This document shows positions 56,827-64,000 of a stretch of DNA of 64,000 bases, in pieces. The stretch lies in contig OY969763.1 of NCBI GenBank assembly GCA_963702845.1, positions 2,720,001-2,784,000 of the forward strand. Direction: 5' to 3'. A program made the position numbers and the translations under genes. A model generated the notes under the pieces. The model made no database searches. It was given only the letters and a program-made list of their open reading frames with translations, and was not told where the DNA came from. The stretch's first letter is position 1. The number at the start of each line of letters is the position of its first letter. The stretch comes from an uncultured Verrucomicrobiae bacterium (lineage in GTDB: Bacteria; Verrucomicrobiota; Verrucomicrobiia; Limisphaerales; Palsa-1400).

Positions 56827-59800
56827 TTATGCTGCTCGCACCGCAACCTGAGGCGCAGACCCATCTTGCGCCTTCATCAGTTGCTGCACCAACAGCACCG
56901 CAAAATCTTTAACTGTGGAGTGCTCAAAAAATTGTCCCGCGCTGATATCCACTCCGAACTGCGCGCAAACTCGCGACACGACCTGGATGGCTAACAACGA
57001 ATGCCCGCCAAGCTGCAGGAAATTGTCCGTGATCCCAACGCGATCGATGTGCAATACGTCACGCCAAATCTCCGCCAGCATGGATTCAAATGGCGTGCGT
57101 GGAGCGACGTATTCACGTGCGGCGTCACGCTGTAATGTTCCGGGGTCAGGTAGATTCTTGCGGTCGATTTTTCCGTTTGGCGTCAGCGGCAAACGTTGTA
57201 ATTCCACGCAAACCGACGGAACCATTTGCGCCGGCAATGTCCGCTCGAGGAACTCGCGCAAATCCGCAGAGCTCGGTTTGGCGGTCTCCAGACCTTGGCA
57301 CCCAGTAGCCGACGAGCTGTTTACTGCCGGAGCGATCATTTTTCGCGGTCACCACCGCAGATGCAACTGCCGAATGACGGCTCAGCGCATTTTCAATTTC
57401 ACTGAGTTCGATGCGGAACCCGCGAATCTTGACCTGCTGGTCGCGACGTCCGCTATAAAGAAAGTGCCCGCGTTGGTTTTCGGATCCGGCAACCACCGTC
57501 CCACATCACCAGTTCGATACAAACGTGCACCTTGCTTTAATGGATTCGGAACAAATTTCTCGGCCGTCAGTTCGTCTCGTTTGAAATATCCACGCGCCAG
57601 ACCATCGCCGCCGATGCAAATTTCACCTTCGCTGCCGGTCGGCGCCAGATTCGAGTGTGAATCCAGAATATAAACGTCCGTGTTCGCAATGGGTTCGCCA
57701 ATGGGCATCGCTTCCGCTTCAAGCGATTGCGCTTCATCAGCAGCCGTCACGCGATGAACCGTGGACCAAATCGTCGTTTCGGTCGGCCCATACATGTTCC
57801 ACAATTCGCCACAGCGCGGGAGCAATTGCTCCGCAAGCATCGGCGGCAATGCTTCGCCGCCGCACAAAACTTTCAGTCGCTTACTGCCCTTCCAACCCGT
57901 TTCGATCAAGCCCCGCCAAGTCGTCGGTGTCGCCTGCATTGCCGTTGCACCGCACGATTGCATCAGTGCGCCCAGCGCTGAAAAATCCGTCACCGTTTTC
58001 GAAGGCGCAATAACGACGCGCGCACCAACCGTAAGAGGCAACAACAGTTCGAGCCCCGCGATATCGAATGAAATAGTTGTGACCGCGAGTAAGATATCCT
58101 CCGGCGAAATACCAGGCCGATCGTGCATCGAGCTAAGAAGTTCACCAGCGCGCGATGTGAAATCTCAGTGCCCTTCGGCTTTCCGGTCGAACCAGACGTA
58201 TAAATGACATACGCCAGCGCATCCAGGTCGCTGTTATGTCGGTGCGTGGCGGTTTCACTTTGCAACCTCAAGAACGCATCTGCACACACCACCTTCGCGC
58301 CCGTCGCCGCGATAGCATCGCAGAATTTCTCCTGCGTAATAATTGCCGTCAGTTCGGCGTCCTCGCACATGTAGGCAAGTCGCTCCTTCGGGAAACTTGG
58401 GTCAAGCGGCACATAAGCCGCGCCGCTCTTCAGCACAGCCAACACGCTCACGAGCATTTCCAACGAACGCTCACATTGAATTCCAATGCGCTTCCCCAGA
58501 CCCGCTCCTAGCCGTTGCAAGCGAGCGGCCAGGTTATGCGCATCACGATCCAATTCGTGATAAGTCAGCGCCTTGTTTTCGAAAACCACTGCCACGGCGT
58601 TGGGCGTTTTTTTGGCCTGTGCTTCAAACAATTCGTGTGCACTAACATTCGGAATTGGATTCGTCGTGTTATTCCACTCTTCGACAAGGCGCGCGTGTTC
58701 CGCGGCAGGCAGCAACGAAATAGTTTCGTACGACTCGTCGGCATTGCGTGCCATTGACGCCAGCGCATTCGAATAGTAGTCGCACATCAAGCTGAATCTG
58801 TTCCGCGCAGAAAAGATTCGGGTTGTAATCAAAATGCATCTGCAACTCGGAGGCACTGGCATCGAGCATGAACGTTGCGTAGAACGTGAAATTGTTCGCC
58901 TCGAAATAATAATCTTCCAGGAACGTGCGTTCGCCGTATCCAGGAATGTCGTGATAGACGTGGAACTGCACAAAATCGAAAGCTGTTTCAAACAACGCGT
59001 GACCACCGGCCAATTGCTGGATTTCCGACAGCGGGCAGCGACGATTCGGCAGCAACTCTTTTTCCGCCGCGAACGTTTTGCCCCGATGAGTTCTTTCCAA
59101 CTGACCTCCACCAACTCCGACGCGCAGCGGAATCGTATTCAAAAACAGCCCAATGATTTTTTCGCCATCGACCGATTGCGGACGGCCGTTGCTGACCAAG
59201 CCGGTCAAAACGTCTGCCTGTCCGGTCAACGCACTCATCACGCGACAATGCGCCGCGAGCAAAACGGTCCGCAACGGCACGCCCAGCGCATGCGCGAGTC
59301 GCTGCAGGCCTTCAAACACATCTTTCGGGAAAATGATTTCTGGCCCGCGCGTTTGTTCACGCCCACCGGCACGCATCGCTTTCGGCCAACGCGGCAGCAT
59401 TTGCACAGGTGCTTCTTTCAGTTTCTGATTCCAGAAGTAGCGCGTTGAGTCGCTGTTGATTGCTTCCTGTTCGAGCGCAACAAAGTCGCGATAGGTCGAC
59501 TTCGGCGAAGCGATGGCCGTAGGTTTCCCTTCCAGCCAACCGGCGTAATCCTGGAACAACTCCGTCAACATCGCAGCCAGGCTCCATCCATCCATGATGA
59601 TATGGTGGAAACTAACCACGATTTGAAAGGCTTGGTCCGTATAACGCTGGATGTGCAATCGCATCATCGGTGCGACTGCCCAATCGAATGGACGGCGCTT
59701 CTCCGTTTCGACCCATTTAACCAACCGTTCCCGTTGATCATCAGCGCTGAATGTTCGCAAGTCTTCGATACTGATATCCGGCTGCGCTGACCGACGAAGC

Positions 59801-61921
59801 AGTTGCAGCGGACGCGAATATTTTGCCAGATCAAACGACGTCCTGAAAATCGGATGTCGTTGGACCAACAGACGCACTGACTCGCGCAATGCCGCATCAT
59901 CAAACGCCATGTTGATCCGGAAGCTAAAGACATCGTGGAAGATCGCGGAGGTCGGATCGTAGTCACTGTGGAACACCATTCCGACCTGCAATTGTGTCAT
60001 CGGATATGCGTCTTCCAAATCCAGCCGGCAACTTCGCCCGATCACTTTCCACGACCAGCGCAAATTTTTCCTTCGTCTGCTGTGCAGCCGTCGAACGCTT
60101 TTCAATCTTCGTCCCCGTAGCTAATTCGCGAATTGTTGGTTTCTCAAACAGGTCTTCGAGCGAAATGTTCAGCCCTTCTTCACCGGCGCGCACAAGCACA
60201 CGGATACTCCGGATTGAGTCGCCGCCGAGTTCGAAGAAGTTATCGTTTACACCGACGTCTTTAAGTCCGAGCACGTCCTGCCAAACTTGCGCGAGAGCTT
60301 TTTCCTCAGCAGTTTGCGGTGCGATGTATTCCTGCGCTAACGTGGGCCGCTGTGAATCGGGCTCTGGCAACGATTTCCAATCGATTTTGCCGTTCAACGT
60401 CAGAGGTAACGCATCGACGAATACGAAGGCTGACGGAATCATGTATTCCGGCAACTGCCGCCCCAACCAACCACGCAGTTCTGATGTCGACACCGTCGCT
60501 TCACCGTTTCGTTTCAAAGCCACGTAAGCAACGAGCCGTTGTTGGTCACCATCGGCTTTGGCCGCCACAGCGCCTTCGCGCACACCTGGATGCTGCAACA
60601 ACACCGTTTGGATTTCCTCCAGCTCGATGCGGAACCCGCGAATCTTGACCTGTTGATCTTTGCGTCCGAGATATTCCAGATCGCCATCCGGCAGGCGACG
60701 GGCCAAATCGCCGGAGCGATAAAGGCGCGCATGCGATTGGCTTGAGAATGGATTCGACACGAATTTTTGTGCCGTCAGCTCCGGTCGCTTCAGATATCCC
60801 GAAGCCACACCAGCGCCGCCCACGCAAATCTCGCCGGGACACCCATTCGGCACCGGTTGCAAATTGTCGTCCAACAAAAACAATTCGAGATCGGGAATCG
60901 GAACGCCGATGACACTGCCGAGTTTTACGTCGAGGTCCTTCTGACGAATTGGACGATATGTCACGTGCACCGTCGTTTCCGTGATGCCGTACATGTTCAC
61001 CAGCGTTGGCTGTTGGTCACCATGGCGCGCAAACCATGGCGCGAGGCTTTGCAGCGGCAACGCTTCGCCGCCGAAAATTACGTGGCGCAAATGCAGGTTG
61101 CGTCCGGCTGATTTGGTCTGAGCGAATTCTTCTTCGACATGGATGAGATTACGAAACGCCGACGGCGTTTGATTTAAAACCGTCACACCTTCGCGTTCGA
61201 GCAGTTCATAGAATTCACTGGGCGAACGGCTCACCAGATACGGAACCACGACCAATCGTCCGCCATAGAGCAGCGCGCCCCAGATTTCCCACACTGAGAA
61301 ATCGAAGGCGTAGGAGTGGAATAAAGTCCACACATCACTGCTGTCGAACCGATACCATTGATCGGTTTGTGTGAACAGTCGAAGGACGTTGTGGTGAGTG
61401 ACACGAACGCCCTTTGGTTTTCCTGTCGAGCCTGACGTGTAGATTATGTACGCGATGTCTTCGCCAGAGGTTTTGGCCTCAGGGTTTTCTGCCGGTTCGC
61501 GCTCAATCGCATCTTTATCGAGGTCGAGACAGATGACGCGTGCCGATGTCTCAGGCAGCGATTTCGCTAGCGCACTTTGAGTGAGAACGACGGGTGCTTC
61601 GGCGTCTTCGAGCATGAAGGCCTGACGCTGCTGCGGATAGGCCAAGTCGATCGGGACATAAGCGCCGCCCGCCTTTAGAACGGCGGCGATGCTGACGACC
61701 ATCTCGACCGAGCGATCAAGGAATAAGGCGACGTGCGTTCCGGATTTAACTCCGGCGCGACGCAGATAGTGCGCGAGTTGGTTCGCGCGCTGATTCAGTT
61801 CGCTATAAGTAAGGCTTTGTCCATCGCAGCTAACTGCAATGCTCTCGGGCCTCGCCGCTACTTGCGCTTCCAATGCCCCTTGTATCGAAGTCGACTCACA
61901 AAACTGCTTCACGCCCCCCAT
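56827..61921 (-). CDS. Two-module NRPS A-T-C-A-T, multiply frameshifted
   Basis: YTSGSTGKPKG twice, LYRSGD / LYRTGD, T domains FFELGGDSI and FLQLGGHSL, C domain HHIIMDG. Spread over six ORFs. Confidence 0.9.
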
Positions 61922-62132
61922 CGTAGAGATTGGGCAACGCCTTTAGAATCAGGGTGAGGCAGTGATTATGCCTTCGCGTTTTCCCCCACTGCGGCGTGCA
62001 AATCTTCGCTAGTTCGCACACACAGGAACACGCATCGAGATGTTTCACCCACCGTCAGAGGAAACCACGATTCGGAATCACCGTTTAATATGTCAAAGAA
62101 CTTCGCCGACGTCTGACGGCACAACGGCACGC

Positions 62133-62306
62133 TCACTTGCTCGCCGTTTTCAAAGAAAGCAGGTACGGCACAGAGCGATTACCGGCGGTGAGGCGAGCGA
62201 GGGCGTCGCGGGTACGAGGGGTATCACTGCGTCCGGCGGCGAGGACGACTGACCAACGGGTGGTGACGAAGACTGTTTTCCTGAGAGCCGGTGAGGTGGA
62301 AGTCAT
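62133..62306 (-). pseudogene. N-terminal fragment of a PVC-type ECF sigma factor (57 aa, not in the ORF track)
   Basis: AAGGAGGTGAT RBS, then MTSTSPALRKTVFVTTRWSVVLAAGRSDTPRTRDALARL, then unrelated sequence. Confidence 0.65.
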
Positions 62307-62358
62307 GGATCACCTCCTTGCGTCGAACTGGTGCTCCAATCAGAAGTAAGCAAACGGT

Positions 62359-62404
62359 CTCCTCTCCCCCGCCCTCTCCTTCTTTTTGGGAGGAGAGGGA
62401 GAAG
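62359..62404. repeat. REP-like CT-rich/AG-rich palindrome
   Basis: CCCTCTCCT...AGGAGAGGG hairpin downstream of recQ. Confidence 0.55.
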
Positions 62405-62437
62405 TAGTCGTGACCGGGGTAGTCAGGTTGCGATTCA

Positions 62438-64000
62438 TTAGTCGGCAAAGATTTGCTTGGCGCTGAATTGGAGGTGGGTTGAGATCTCGTTCATGAACGC
62501 GCGACCGAATTCGTCGAGTTTTTTGTCACCTACGCCACTGATTTGGCTGAATGCGATGGCGTCGGTTGGGTAGTCGCGCGCCATTTGGCGCAGTGAGACG
62601 TCGGAGAAAACGATGTAAGATGGAACGTTGAGTTCGTCGGCAAGGCGTCGGCGGAGCTGGCGGAGCTTCTCGAACAGCGCCTCATCACAACTGATGTCCC
62701 CTACCCTCGATGCCTTTTGTTTTGTTGCGACGGCAATTGGTTTGGTGAGGACGACTTTCCGGCGCTCGCGCAAAAGAGCCCGGCCTTCTTCGGTCACTTC
62801 AACGACGTTAAATTTGTCCATACGCTGACGCAGGTAGCCGAGACGAATTAATTCTCGTCCGATGGCCTGCCATTCCGGGAGTTTGTGTTCGGAACCGATG
62901 TCGAACGTAGAAATTTTTTCATGTCCCCATTTTTTGACTGATTCGGTCTCGTGACCTGTCAGCACGTCGAGGACGTGACGCAGACCTGTGGTGAACCCGC
63001 TGCGCTCCTGAATGCGATAGACGCATGAGAGGACTTTTTGCGCGGCGATAGTGCCGTCAAATGTGTCGCGTGGAGAGAGGCAATTGTCGCAACCGCCGCA
63101 GTTTTCTTGTGCGAAGGTCTCGCCGAAATATTCGAGCAACGACCGACGACGGCAGCCGGAGGATTCGGCGTAGTGGACTATTTGCTGCAACTGCTCGCGG
63201 GCGATGACTTGTTCTTCAGGTGGGCGTTCGTCGATGAACTGGCTGTATTTCACGATGTCGCCGGCGCTGAAATAAAGATGGCATTCGCCGGGCAAACCAT
63301 CGCGACCGGCGCGGCCGGTTTCCTGGTAGTAACCCTCAATATTTTTCGGCAGATCGTGATGGATAACGAAACGGACGTTCGGTTTGTTGATGCCCATGCC
63401 GAAGGCGATCGTGGCGCACATGACGCGGGTTTGATCGCGCAGGAATGATTCCTGATGTTTGGCGCGTTCGTCATTGGCTAATCCGGCGTGATACGGTTTA
63501 GCGGCGATTTTATTTTCGCGCAGTTTTTCAGCAACTGTCTCGGTGGTTTTACGGGCCTGACAGTAAATGATGCCGCTGTCGTTCGGACGGGATTTCAGGA
63601 AATCGAGTATCTGTTCGAAGGTTTTAGACTTCGGGAATATGCGATAGGTCAGGTTCGGACGATTGAAACTGGCGACGTAGCAACTTGGTTCGTGCAGCTT
63701 GAGTTGAGTGACGATGTCGCTGCGCACGCGCGTTGTTGCAGTTGCAGTGAGGGCAAGGAAAGGAACTTTGGGGAATAATTCGCGGAGTTGTGCGAGCTTT
63801 CGATATTCGGGACGGAAGTCGTGGCCCCACTCGCTGATGCAATGGGCTTCGTCGATAGCAATCAGGTTGACGTTCCATTCCTGCAGGTCGCGCAGGAAGC
63901 CGACGAGCATGAGGCGCTCGGGGGCGACGTAGAGCAAACGATAGTGGCCCATGCGCAATTTGCTTAGGCGCTCGCGAGATTCACTGGCTTCTACCGAGGA
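62438..64000 (-). CDS. recQ: ATP-dependent DNA helicase RecQ (5' partial)
   Basis: YVAPERL, IDEAHCISEWGHDFRPEY, ATIAFGMGINK, QETGRAGRDG, Zn-binding Cys, RQC and HRDC domains. Confidence 0.97.
   Translation of the reverse strand, partial: SSVEASESRERLSKLRMGHYRLLYVAPERLMLVGFLRDLQEWNVNLIAIDEAHCISEWGHDFRPEYRKLAQLRELFPKVPFLALTATATTRVRSDIVTQLKLHEPSCYVASFNRPNLTYRIFPKSKTFEQILDFLKSRPNDSGIIYCQARKTTETVAEKLRENKIAAKPYHAGLANDERAKHQESFLRDQTRVMCATIAFGMGINKPNVRFVIHHDLPKNIEGYYQETGRAGRDGLPGECHLYFSAGDIVKYSQFIDERPPEEQVIAREQLQQIVHYAESSGCRRRSLLEYFGETFAQENCGGCDNCLSPRDTFDGTIAAQKVLSCVYRIQERSGFTTGLRHVLDVLTGHETESVKKWGHEKISTFDIGSEHKLPEWQAIGRELIRLGYLRQRMDKFNVVEVTEEGRALLRERRKVVLTKPIAVATKQKASRVGDISCDEALFEKLRQLRRRLADELNVPSYIVFSDVSLRQMARDYPTDAIAFSQISGVGDKKLDEFGRAFMNEISTHLQFSAKQIFAD

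Overview
Ordinary-looking bacterial chromosome segment of about 55 genes. It is most likely from a soil Verrucomicrobiota of the Pedosphaera type; this is inferred from the TIGR02597-like and delta-60 repeat proteins, DUF1080, the ECF N-terminal motif and the intergenic palindromes. Housekeeping and metabolic genes include a sulfatase, a transaldolase operon, zwf-pgl, rfbF, psd-pssA, rlmI-like, ilvA-like, thiH-thiS, xylB, corA and recQ. No rRNA, tRNA, CRISPR array, transposase or integrase was found. Most interesting items: (1) an isolated Mu-like small+large terminase pair (38758-41080) with no other phage genes and repeat elements inserted in frame; (2) back-to-back with it, an integrase-less integron platform (promoter, attI-like site, cassette, attC, second ORF); (3) an orphan A(Thr)-T-C-A(Gly)-T NRPS whose C domain looks like the dehydrating 'modified amino acid' class, with no release domain, apparently co-transcribed with secreted delta-60 proteins; (4) a riboswitch-like RNA whose terminator overlaps its closing stem, upstream of a MASE1 hybrid kinase; (5) a histidine pseudokinase; (6) a ~2000-aa sedolisin/MBG/TIGR02597 fusion; (7) an apparent Thr-Asn bias in secreted proteins. 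Two zones (about 6.85-8.3 kb and 55.4-60.1 kb) contain clustered single-base frameshifts that may be sequencing errors. All family assignments are by motif recognition; no database searches were run.
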